Source of the DNA: Eutreptiella sp. 'Long Island Sound 2002'
Taxonomy: Eukaryota > Protista > Euglenida
Assembly: GCA_964036045.1 (NCBI GenBank)
Contig: OZ038378.1
Coordinates: forward strand, 179,180,001-179,244,000
DNA length: 64,000 bases
Reading direction: 5' to 3'
Program-made: the position numbers and the translations under genes
Part shown: piece by piece, positions 46,101 through 57,178 of the stretch
Numbering within the stretch: the first letter of the stretch is position 1
Layout: the number at the start of each line of letters is the position of its first letter
The notes under the pieces: model-generated
Told to the model about the DNA's origin: nothing
Database searches by the model: none
Seen by the model: the letters and a program-made list of their open reading frames with translations, nothing else

Positions 46101-49100
46101 CCAGAGGCCGACGCTCTGGAATTGAAGGAGTTCGACGAGCGCATTGCGGAATGGGAGAACAAACTTGCGTTGGCAGAAAGTCTCCGTCCAAAGACGAAAG
46201 AGGCGCAGAAGGCACTGAAGGATGAAGTGAAGGAGCTAAAGGCCGAGGTCCGGGCTCTCAAAAAGGTGCAGCCGTGCTCTGCTTTGGGCCCGGGGGCCAC
46301 TTTGTGTCCAGGGCTTTGCTTCGCGCTCTTCTAACTGCCCCTGAACTTGCACCCCCAGACTCCCCCCCAGATTTGACTTCGATACACAAGCAGGTCATAC
46401 AAAAGGCATGATACTGCGCACGGGTTGTACTTCGCGGCAACCCACTTGCAACCCCCCCCCCCCCCCCGAGTTGGCAAAACTCGGCGAAGTTGCCAAAAAC
46501 CAAAATTTTCGGTGCAGCACTGATTGAGGAGTGCCATGCAAAATGGAATGATGCACAGCTACCACCGCATAACAGGCCTTATTTTGTGCCAATTTTGTGG
46601 CATTTTGATCCCGCCCTTCAAGTCGGGTAAAACGCGTCGCCGACTCGCTCGCCGACTCGTTGGCCGCTAGGTTTGCCGACTCGGGGGGCGGGTTGCACTA
46701 GCCTTTGCGAAACAGCCCCGCACGTACTTCTTCCCACAGTGTGGAGGCCCCCAGTATGTTGAACGGCAAGTACCAACCAGCACCACTGCAACATTGTTGA
46801 TCCCCCCCTTCCTTTCCCCTTGCCCTGCGCTCTTGGATGTAGACAAATTCGCATTCTCAGCAATGCAGGGAACCTGCACACAGCCTGACCAAAGTAACAA
46901 ACCATGACACCAATGGCGCAGCGGATCACCTGCTTGCCTTGTGGGCATCCCCTCACCCAGCTTGATGGGAACTGGAGGACCTCCCCACCCACCACTGCAG
47001 GAGAATGGCGGAAAGGCTTAAGGGCTGGGACTGGGTTGGCACCCCTCCTCTCCTCCTTCTCCACTTCACTCCCTCTTCTCCTTCCCCCTCCGTACCGAAA
47101 AAACAGGCACTGCAAGTCTGGGAGCAAGTCTAGGATTCTGCTGTTGAGGGATTTTTCTGGTCGCTGCTACGCCTGTTACTCACTCCTTGAAGTACAGTCT
47201 TCAACCCTCATGCAAGTGGTTGTGGACACCTTTCATCCGCCCTCACGAAAGTGGTGGTAGACATGTTGCTGATGCACACCAGTTCTAGCCTTCAACCCTT
47301 ACACAAGCCAAGACAGAGGCCGTAGATGTGTTGTTGATGCACATTTCTCATTGAAGACCCTCAGCTACTTCCCTTTCCCTGCACGCTGGGGAGCTGTTAG
47401 GCTTTGGGACCGATGGAAGCACAACTAGAAGGAAGTTTGGGCGAAGTTTGCTGTACCCACCAAAACGGGAAGCATGCGCAGCAAATCCAAGCTGAAGGTC
47501 AAGTGAACGGCTTTTTGTGTGCAATGTAAAATGGTCCCAACCCCCGCACCTTGCAAGAGCAGCAATAAAATCCCAAAATTTGACAGAAACAACTGCTTTA
47601 CATACCCAACTGGAGAGGCATTTGGGCCACAGGGTAGAAGACTTACCAATCCACAAGGATGTGGGACTTGCCCTCTCACAGACTCACAGACTCAGAGGAG
47701 CGACGGATTCTGGCGAACTCCCTCCTTCAGAACAGACACTATGCAGGGGGTGTGCATCGAAATTTGCTGCGCCTCATGCAGCGTCGCGCCCACGAGTACA
47801 CGGCATATAAACATCAGGTGCGAAGGCTGTATCTTAACTGCAGTACGCGGCCCCGTGCCCCGACAGATGTCACGATGGAAGGCCAGAGCCCTGCAGGGTT
47901 TGCACCTGCGAAAGTCCTGGTTTGATGGGTACACGGAAACCAAGGAACACTTTTTCAAGTCTGCAGCATTCCACACCACGACAGCATACACCACCAGGTG
48001 CTGGGATGAATGGCACCACTACATCAGGCACACACTCCGGGGTTGGTGGGCACGCAAACGAGAATTGTATGAAAGTCAGGTTGAGCAGATGAATATCCCT
48101 AAGGGCAGAAAACGCGGCAGACCCGACGATTGGAGGGCACAATGGGCAATTAAACGCCCACGTACAGGAGGCACATGAAGGACACCATCCCACTGTAGAC
48201 ACTGGACTGGCTTTCCCCCTTTTTCACATGGCGACCCCCTTTTCACTTTTACTTTTCTTTTCCCCTTTCGATGCCTCAGTGGCGTGGCAGTCTCTGGTAC
48301 TGCATGAGTGAGTGATAGACTACAGATGAGTTTCAAATCAAATATACGTCCCGCCACTAATGGTGGTATGCGACCCAGGAATCGCACGGGACAACATATG
48401 TTGTACTTACACTGTCATTACTGATCCGGCCCGTGTTGCCGAGCACTTACGATGAACTTGTGAGTCTGAGTCAAAAAAAAATTGACAGAAACAACACCTA
48501 GTGTTGCTCTGACAAGGGCTGGGGATGGGTATGTATAAAGGGCAAAGTAGGACATCGTTCCAAAAGTTGCCGAAGCAACACCTACTGTTGCTCTGACAAG
48601 GTGTTGCTCTCGTAAAGAGGGGGGTGCCCACTGCCCTCTACAGTGTGGCAGGACATTGAAGGAGCCCCACTGCCCACTCACTGCCTGTTGCAGTGTGTCT
48701 CAATGTACTGAAGGATCTCATCTGCCCAAGTGCCGGCCCCATTAATGCCTGACCAGGGCCTGGAGGCACATAGGCCTGGGCCCAGCAAGAACCTCAGTTT
48801 CACCATCAGGCAAAGCGGCAAGGCATCCCCAAGACAGCCTTGGACAGCCGCCACCCGGCCACCCGGCGCCAAAGAGAGTGCCCCATGCAGTTAGGACCCC
48901 TATGAGGTGAGGCAGTGCTCTGAAGGAGCCCCACTGCCCACTACCCCATGGAGTGAGGCAGTGTTCTGAAGGAGCCCCACTGCCCTCTACCCCATGGAGC
49001 GAGGTAGTGTACTGAAGGAGCCCCACTGCTGACTTCCGCATGCAATGAGGCAATGAACTGAAGGAGCCCACTGCCCATTGCGCCATGCAGTGAGGCTGTG

Positions 49101-52100
49101 TAGTGAAGGAACCTCGCTACCCACTGCTCCATGCACTGAGGAAATGTACGGGATCCCCGCTGCCCACTGCCTCATGCAGTGAGGTAGTGTATTGCACGAT
49201 TCCCCCTACCCACTGCCCCATTCAGTGAGGCAGTGTACAGAACCCTGCCCCCTACCCCCTGCAGTGATGCAGTGTACTGCAGGATCCCCGCTGCCCATGG
49301 CCCCACGAAGTGAAGTAGTGTACTGCAAGAGCCCCACTGCCCATTGCGCCATGCAGTGAGGCGGTGTATTGCAGGATTCTCCCTACCCACGGCCCTTGCA
49401 ATGCACTAAAGGAGCCCCGCTGCCCACTGCCCCATGCAGTGTGGCAGTGTACAGAAGGAGCCCCACTACCCACTTTCCCATACGGTGAAGCAATGTACTT
49501 AGGGATCCCCGCTGCCCATCGCCCCATGGAGTGAGCCAGGGTACTGAAGGAGCCCCACTGCCCACTGCCCACTACAGTGTGGCAGAATACGGAAGGATCC
49601 TCACTGCCCATTTGCCCGTCGTAGTGTGGCAGTGGGCTCAATGACCTCAGCTGCCCAAGTGCCGGCCTCAATGCCCGACAAGGACAATAGCCTAGTGGGG
49701 AGCCTCCGGGTCTCCCTCTTCCTGCTCTCCACCCCTTTCTAAGCACACGGCGCACACACAACACACACAGCCTTCCCGTTTACTTGTACCCGTGGGTAGA
49801 CATCCCGGCCTTTGCCCTTTGGTAACAGCGCCTTCGGCACACCACACCACACCATGCCGCACCACACGCTGTGGTGCAAGCTGTGTTTTGGTGCATTGAG
49901 TTTTTCTTGGTTGAAACTAGCGAGAGCACAACTTGCTGAGTTCACGGTTTCCACATGGGATGTTGGCTGGACCTGCTGTCTACCTGACTGCTCTTGGCTC
50001 GGGCAGGGGCTCTTTGGACATACGCTGCTCTGTGCATGCCTTCTCACATTTTGCGGCACTGCCTCTTGGCTCCTGTACTGCAGCAACGGGCGGTGATCGC
50101 AGACCCCACGAAGCCACGTGATGTGATCATCCGGGGATTGGGCGTTCCCCCGGTATCCCGAAAATACACGAATACGGGCTGGCCCTCGTGCGGATCAGAG
50201 GTGTGTGTGTCCCGCATACACTCGTTGCTCACCACAAATCATGCACCCCACATCCCATGACATCCCCACACCTCACACCAACCACCATGTACCAAGCATC
50301 ACACACCTCACACTCCACAGTTCAAACCCCACACACCACATACCCCACACCAAGCACCCTAAACCACGCTACACCTCCGACACCCCATAACATGCACTAC
50401 AAACCACGCACCCCACAACCCAACCACAACCCCACCACAACCCCACCCCAACACACCACACCACACTACACACCACACACCCACCGTAATCTACATACCC
50501 AAAACAGGCCAAAAACATCTTTTGGGGGGTCATCTTTGCCAGCGCCGGGAACCCAATCCAAACAGGAATTTAGCCACCATCGTCAGACCAAGTATGTCAG
50601 GGTATCGTCAACCAAAATTTGAGCGGAACCTGAACAACCAAGCTCCAATTCTTATGTTTCCGTCCGTGTTGTGTGTCCCTGCTGCTGTTGCTTGCTGCCG
50701 GTGCTAATGATGGTGCCCGTGGTGGTGCTGCTGCTACCGCTTCCTTGCTCGGTTGCTGCTGCTAATGCTGCTTGCCACGAAAAGGAATAACTCTGCCCTA
50801 CACTATACTACGCCACATTCGCACACTGTAGTATTTGTGCTCTGTGCAGGTGCTGAAGAAGTTGGCAGGCAGGCCCTTCGAGGAGCCGCCCATCCTGGGG
50901 GACATCACAAAATGCAGTAAATTCGCAGACGAGGTGCACGCGCTGGAGGCGTGCCGGGCCATCCACACCTTGACGGAGCTCAGCGGCATCCAGAAATTAC
51001 AGAGCGCCTTCCTGCGCCCCCTCATCGCCATGTCTAAGTTCGGCCGCATCCACTGCAGCCTCAATCTCAACACTGAGACTGGAAGATTGTCGTGCCGCCG
51101 CCCCAATTTCCAGCAACTGCCTGGTGGGAGGAAGGACCGCTACCAGGTCTCTGTTGGGCATGTTGTGCCTGAGTTAATCTCATTTTCTCGCGGTTGCCTG
51201 GTGTTCGGGGGGCGGGGTGCGTGATGTCAGGGGTTGTGGGGCGTGAGGTGCAGTGTGGTGCGTTATCTTGCATGGTTTTCACGACCGGATTTTATGCCCC
51301 TTGCGCTGTTTGTGCTTCTGCCACACCAATTTCTGCAAACCGGATCACACCACACACCACACACCACACACCTCGCACCAAGCACCACACACCACACACC
51401 ACACACCTCGCACCAAGCACCACCTGCTGCATACCTCGCACTGCCGAATGTCACCTCTTCCACCCTCTTGCAGCACACACCATGCACCTCATACCTCACA
51501 CCTAACACCACACACGACACACCCCTTTCGACTTCAACCCCTCCCCGCCCCCCACATATCACACAGTACACAGCACGGCACACAGCACACAGCACACAGC
51601 ACACAACCCTCACGGAACAGCGCCCCCAGCACCTCGCACCCCTTCACATGACACACCTTATCAAACCCCATATTCTCCTTTTATGCTCCTGTCCCTGTCC
51701 TCAGATTCGAGCCTCGATCACCGGGGAACATGGCAATTGCATTTTGACGGCAGATTACAGTCAACTCGAGCTTCGGGTGCTCGCGCACTTAACCAAATGT
51801 CGCGGGCTCGTGGATGCGTTTACGAGAGGGGGCGATATTCACAGTGAAACGGCGTATGATATGTTTCAGGTTGTTGCCAGTCCTCAACAACAATCAATGC
51901 TCGGTCACTTTCACAATCCTTCACAACCCTCTACCCTCTGCAACCCTCCGCAATGCTTCATAACTTCGAAAATCACATTGCCATCTATGTTGTTAGATCA
52001 ACCCGGCCGTGAGAAAGCAAATTTTTGTGCATTTTGGTGGCATATCGGTTCGGACATGCCACTGTTTTTGTGACACGTGGATTTCCTTGACGGGAGTTAA

Positions 52101-52667
52101 AAACTTGGGGTTTCCAAGCTGTGAGCCGAAGCCTCCTCTGCACGCCCGGGATCTCAGATCTGGCTTGCAGGGGGGATGGGAGGGGGGAGGGCTGAAATTT
52201 TGTACCCCCATTTTTTGACCTTAAGAGCACAAATCACCTTGCAGAGATTGTCAAATTAAACCCAGGCGGCCTGCATATATAGGGCAAACAACATATAGTC
52301 CCCCTTTTGGGCCCATTCATGTACCATAGCCCAAGGGGTTAGAATCGGGGTTTAATCCCTTACAAAACCTTTTTTTGTCCAATAAAAATTTTCTCCATTG
52401 TTGGATGAGGCCCCCGCTTAGCCCCGCCAGACCTCCCCTCCGGAAACCAAGTTTTAGGGGGGATATGGGGTGGGGTGGACCGCATCGGACCGAAAATTGT
52501 CAATCATTGGACTTCCTTGCGATTTTGAGCCGAATTGTTTTTTCGGGCCCCCATCCTACCCTGAGTACCCCCAGTCCCACCCTGAGGTCCGTGCTTTTCA
52601 ATTCTTTCTGTGTGATGGTGCCTATTGGTGTGGTGTTTTTGTTCTGTTTTGTTTTGTTTTGTTTTGT

Positions 52668-52701
<34 letters not shown>

Positions 52702-54901
52702 TAGTGTGGTGTGGCGTGGTGTGGTGTGTACATGCTCTCCTGCTGGCCCTCACAGCATATCCAAGACGCGTACAACGGTAATCGCAACGAGGCCCTGAAG
52801 GAGCTTAAAGACCGCTTTGGGGACGAGCGGGGCAAGGCCAAGACACTGAATTTTGGGATTCTGTATGGTCAAAGTGCCTCGTCGCTGGCGGAGTCGTGGG
52901 CTGTTTCCGAGGCTGAGGCGGAACAGAAGGTGCAGGCCTGGTTCAATGCCCGGCCGGAGGTGAAGGAGTGGCAAGAGCACGTGCTGAACTTGGCCCGCCG
53001 GACCGGTTACGTGGCCACGTTTTTGGGCCGCCGGCGGAGCGTGCCCGATATTCTTGATGAGAGGGGGTGGTGTCGTGGGCACGCGGAACGGCAGGTCCAG
53101 GCGCTTTGGGGCTTGTATGCAGGGGCTGGGGGCTGACCCGCAAAGGCATCAGGGGAGCCGGTCGAAACCCTCGGCTACAAGCACCATTTCAGGTCAGGTC
53201 AGACATATGCGTCTGGAAGACGAACAGTTGTGCACGGAATTTTTGGAACACTGTCTGAATGCAACAAAGTCGTCGGCCAAGAGCTTCAGGAACGGGTTCT
53301 GTCACTGTGCACATTGCGTTCTGCGTCCGACACCTTCCAGAGGGTGCCCTCATTCAAGGGTCAGGGCGAGGCCCCAGCTCTCCACATCCCCAAAGCACGG
53401 CAGTCTGCCATCATTCGGAAGGCGGGGGCGTTCACAACGCAACAGACAGATCCCCCAGGCCCCACAACCCACACTTCTCCACAGCCCCTCTCTCTCAACC
53501 GCGCACACACTCTACTGCACAAGTCCCTGCCCCCACAGCAGAGCAGAGCTGACAGGGACGTCCCGCGGGCCACGGCGGGACCAAACATTTCGGAACCGAA
53601 AACGACTTTTTGGCTCGAAGTCGAATAATTTCAAAAGTTTCATGCTTTTGAGCAAAAATAAAGAGGACACATTTTTCGGTGCGGTGTCTGCTCAAGCGTC
53701 CATGGGAGTTCAAAGGGGAGTTCAAAGATGCATCCGCAGCCGGTTCTGCTGGTGAGACTGCCCACCTGCCATCGTTTGCATGGCATTCTCCTCGTGGGCA
53801 TCTTGGGTTTGCCCATGCTTGCTTGCCTGCTTTCCTCCCTCGCTGCCCTTGACCATGACGCGCCAACAACACAACAGCGAGACCCTGACCTCCGCAACAC
53901 CAAAAGCCCACACATCCCCCGCCCCCCTCCACAAACTTCATCCTCCGCAGACCTGCTGCCCCATAAACGCCCCACCCCACAAATGGCCACTCCTCCACAA
54001 TCCCCCAAAACCCTCTGACCCCAGAACCGCCCTCATTTTGAAAAAGGGCAGCACAAAAATACTGTGTGCACTTTGGGACAAACTCCCTACTTGTCACAAA
54101 TTAAGGCATTGGAAGCCTACGGAGCGCCTTTGCCGGGTGGACCACCACCTAGAAACCATACACCACGTTTTATAGGAATGCAAGCGTCTGCAAGTTATGT
54201 TTCGTCTCCTTGATAAAATAGTTTCATTCTTTGTTTTTTTCCTTCAGCTTTTCAACATTAGAAAAGAAACACGTACAAAGTAAAAGGACAAAGTGAGTCA
54301 ACAGTGCATTGCATTTCTAGCCCAGTTGCAAAAGACTTGGAGCATGTATTCCGCCATGGGTGTTGTTAGGTCCATGAGCCTATGTTGTCGCTACTCTGTG
54401 TCGTGCACATTGACAAAATTTGGTAAACCAACACGCAATGGATCATGTGGGTGACATCGCAATTGGCCCACAAGTCCCCCATTTCACAATCCCCTGACCC
54501 CACAGCTCCCAACCGCCAGAGCCCTCCCTCAAGTCATCATGCCCCTCAATGCTCTACGGGACTCCCCTCAATCCCCCCACCCCTGGCCCCTCCCCCCAAA
54601 CCCCGCCCTCGATCCCCCTCCCTTGCCCGCAGTCGAATCCTCCTTCAAACAGGTCACGAACACGCCGGTGCAGGGCAGTGCCGCCGACATCGTGGCGGCG
54701 GCCATGCTGGGGCTTGCGTCCCATGAGCGGCTGAACGCCCTCGGGTACCGACTGATCATGCAGATCCACGACGAGGTTTTGATGGAGGGCCCCGCCGAGG
54801 CCATGGAGGAGGCGTCGAGCATCATGCAGCAGGTCATGGCCAAGCCTCCAGGGCTGCCTCCTCTGGCAGTGCCGCTTGTCGCGGAGCCGAAGCTGTGGTA
54901 G
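40171..54901 (+). CDS. POP: POP-type (plant/protist organellar) family-A DNA polymerase with 3'-5' exonuclease and polymerase domains, about 833 aa, probable mitochondrial targeting peptide
   Basis: Exons 40171-40483, 41923-42362, 45062-45463, 46086-46265, 50084-50200, 50850-51146, 51705-51869, 52756-53094, 54653-54901 (TAG); all GT-AG and phase-consistent (2502 nt). ExoI HAVDTET, ExoII YHNYSFD, ExoIII WVEYCTGD. Polymerase motifs RIHCSLNLNTETGRLS, motif A ADYSQLELRVLAHL, motif B RGKAKTLNFGILYG, NTPVQGSAAD, motif C MQIHDEV. POP-like segments ICLSIFCGDGHDFG, KYTNTGWPS, EACRAI. The start codon could be 40171 or 40195. Confidence 0.92.
43270..43730 (+). other. Coding-like repeat fragment in POP intron 2
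   Basis: Open frame IGDRVFYTRSNGLRPLATVVGTAEDGLLHLERYQDG..., a beta-rich Tudor/SH3-like pattern followed by a Pro/Ser-rich tail; no splice connection to POP. Confidence 0.25.
47519..48178 (+). mobile_element. 3' fragment of a non-LTR retrotransposon ORF in POP intron 4
   Basis: 219-codon frame containing CASC-x8-H-x4-C (47768-47821), the CCHC knuckle typical of non-LTR RT C-termini, followed by a W/R/K-rich tail and a pyrimidine-rich 3' UTR-like segment. No RT core is recognisable. Confidence 0.55.
48890..49625. repeat. Minisatellite, ~40-bp degenerate unit, in POP intron 4
   Basis: Recurring CCCACTGCCCA...ATGCAGTGAGGCAGTGTACTGAAGGAGC, roughly 17-18 copies. A related direct repeat (CTGCCCAAGTGCCGGCC) brackets the array at about 48722 and 49650. 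Confidence 0.88.
52640..52695. repeat. (TTTTG)n microsatellite in POP intron 7
   Basis: About 10 TTTTG units. Confidence 0.9.
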
Positions 54902-57006
54902 ACTTGTCAGTTTCCCGTTGTTGATGTCCATGTGACCCTCAGACGAACGAAACCCTGTAATATCTGTCCTGCTGCTTCTTCCTCCGGATCTGTATCTCTG
55001 TTGGCTTGAACATGAGTGTCATGGAGGGTGAGCTCTTGGGTCGGTCGCATTTGAATACAGGTGGTGGGGGGGGGATTTTGCGGGGAAATTTTCGCTGTTA
55101 AGAAAAGTGGCGAAACTTCCCCCTCGGCAAAATTTTCGCCAACAAATTCACTGCGAATTCAAATGCAGGCGGATCCGGAGCCCACCAGGAAAGAACAGCA
55201 AGCTTCAGGATTCCTGAAGGTGGCGAAATTTTCCCGTTCCGAAATTGTCCCCTGGCAACCCCTCTTTTACCTCCGTCAAGCTGTAGTTGTCGAGAAGAGG
55301 GGTGCTGCAGACCCCTAACTGACCCTAACCTGGAGACCCCCTCCGTTTTGGATATTCTATCGCACGACAGACCGATGCCTGATATGCGTAGCAGCGTGCG
55401 CATGCAACAAGCGTGGTGCATGCACCCCCCGGTGCACCATTGAGACGTTGCGGGAATGCACGTCCACAGGAGCCCTGTTTGCCGCCCCATCATCCAGTGC
55501 GGGTGACACAAAGCCTCTCCCCAAAGGGCCCATCGCAGGGTCATCACGGTCCGTTGATTCTGCAACCGTAGACCGTCCTGCCTCAAACTAACCCTGAGAC
55601 CGTGACTGATGCTGTGTCCTACCTGCAGAGGCTGCTGTACCACGGAGGCCTTTCGGTTGCTCTTGCACGTACCATTGCACTACTCCCGACACGACGCCGC
55701 ATCTTTCAAAGTAAAGGGGGACCACAAAGCTGAACGTCGAAAGCAAGGGAAAGAGGTGGACGCAATGTGCGTGAGTAAAAAAAAAGCTACACATGCGACC
55801 GGAGGCAGTGCCGCTCTCGCCCACACCACAGTCCGAATCCGACGCCTAATCCCCCCCCATCGCCCCTTCCACGTACACACAACAAAAGCGGACCAGCCCA
55901 TTCCTTCGCTGCAATCTGCTGCACCCCTTTTTGGGGTGTATTCGGCATCCCAGAAGTGCAAGAGGCTGACAACTGCTGACAAGGCTTCGCCCAAGGGAAG
56001 CGCAGTGTTCTGTGGCCCATCAGTGTCCCTCGTGCAAGGCACGAAACGTTTGCGCTGTATTGTTCGTCACTGCTGCAAGTCCACCCATTCAGCAAACGCC
56101 AGGAATGGATATCAGATCCGCCCCCCCCCCCCCCCCTTCGGGGGATCCTTCATCCCCTTCGCAGAAAAGGTGACCCCATCACCTCTCCTACAGTAGGAGG
56201 GGGGGTACTGCACATCATAGAGCGTTGGCCAGGGCTGTACCACCTTGGGCCCAAAGAGTCTTACGGGAAGGTTGGGGGGGGGGCTGGGTAGTTGGGTTGG
56301 CACAGACAAGACTCCTGTGCATGGCAGTTGCTGCCAGCTACCACAAAACTTGTCAGTGATTGCCTTTTTCCAAGCCCTTTTCAAGTGCGTGCCGGTGCTT
56401 ATTGAAGGTTTTTGAGTGTATGGGGCCAATTATCGCGCTGGCCATTAAAGGTTCCCAATTTTTTTTGAATTGAAAAACGCGTGTGTGCCCCTCTCATGGC
56501 ATGTGGTTCCAAGCAGGTGTCACGTCGCAGGCTGCCCCGCTGACACAAGCACCTGCTGAAGGAGAAACCACCGGGCACCATGAAAGAATCCATGGAAGCA
56601 AGAGAGGCATAAGCCACCAAATATATTCAGCGATCCGTAAATCAACATTATCAAAGTCGATGGATGCGGGATTATATGGCGACAACGATGTGGGCACAGC
56701 CACTAGCAGTGCCACACAGGCTGGCGCGGCTGGGCCGAGCAGGGCGCTGCTCTTGACAGACCAATGGCCGAGTCCTCAACGCGACTTTGCACTGGCACCA
56801 CAGAACACCGCGGCTGTACAGTGTGCACAATTCACCCACAAGCGACGAAAAAATGTGGCCAAAGAATGACACCTGCACTTATGCGAGCACCTGCAGAAGT
56901 ACAAGTGGCAAGCAGCGCAGCACATGGCCGGCCTATGGTGGCCTTTGGTGGTTGCCATCAGCGCCTTCGTCCCGTTATCTCAGAGCCCACCTGTCCCTTG
57001 GATGTA

Positions 57007-57178
57007 CCCCCCTTGCGCAAGCACTGCCTTGTACAAGCACTAGAGCCTGTCTGCCTGTTGTTTTCCTGACCGCTCCTTTAGGTTTCCTCTTGTGGGCTGC
57101 CTTGTCTAAGCATAGGACGCCATCTGACCGTCGTTTTCCTGACTTTCAGTGTGCTTGCGCAAAGCGGGGGGGGGGGGG
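57007..57178. mobile_element. ~175-bp MITE, family copy 2, flanked by TA
   Basis: TA|(C)6TTGCGCAAGCAC ... GTGCTTGCGCAAAGC(G)n|TA; near-identical core to 29184-29358. Confidence 0.8.

Noticed and set aside
48890-49625. ~40-bp periodic repeat as a CRISPR array
   Set aside because: Degenerate head-to-tail units without distinct spacers.
3673-54901. Euglenid-type non-conventional introns
   Set aside because: All 27 introns reconstructed in the four spliced ORFs are satisfied by GT-AG with matching phases; only the POP C-terminus leaves room for one.
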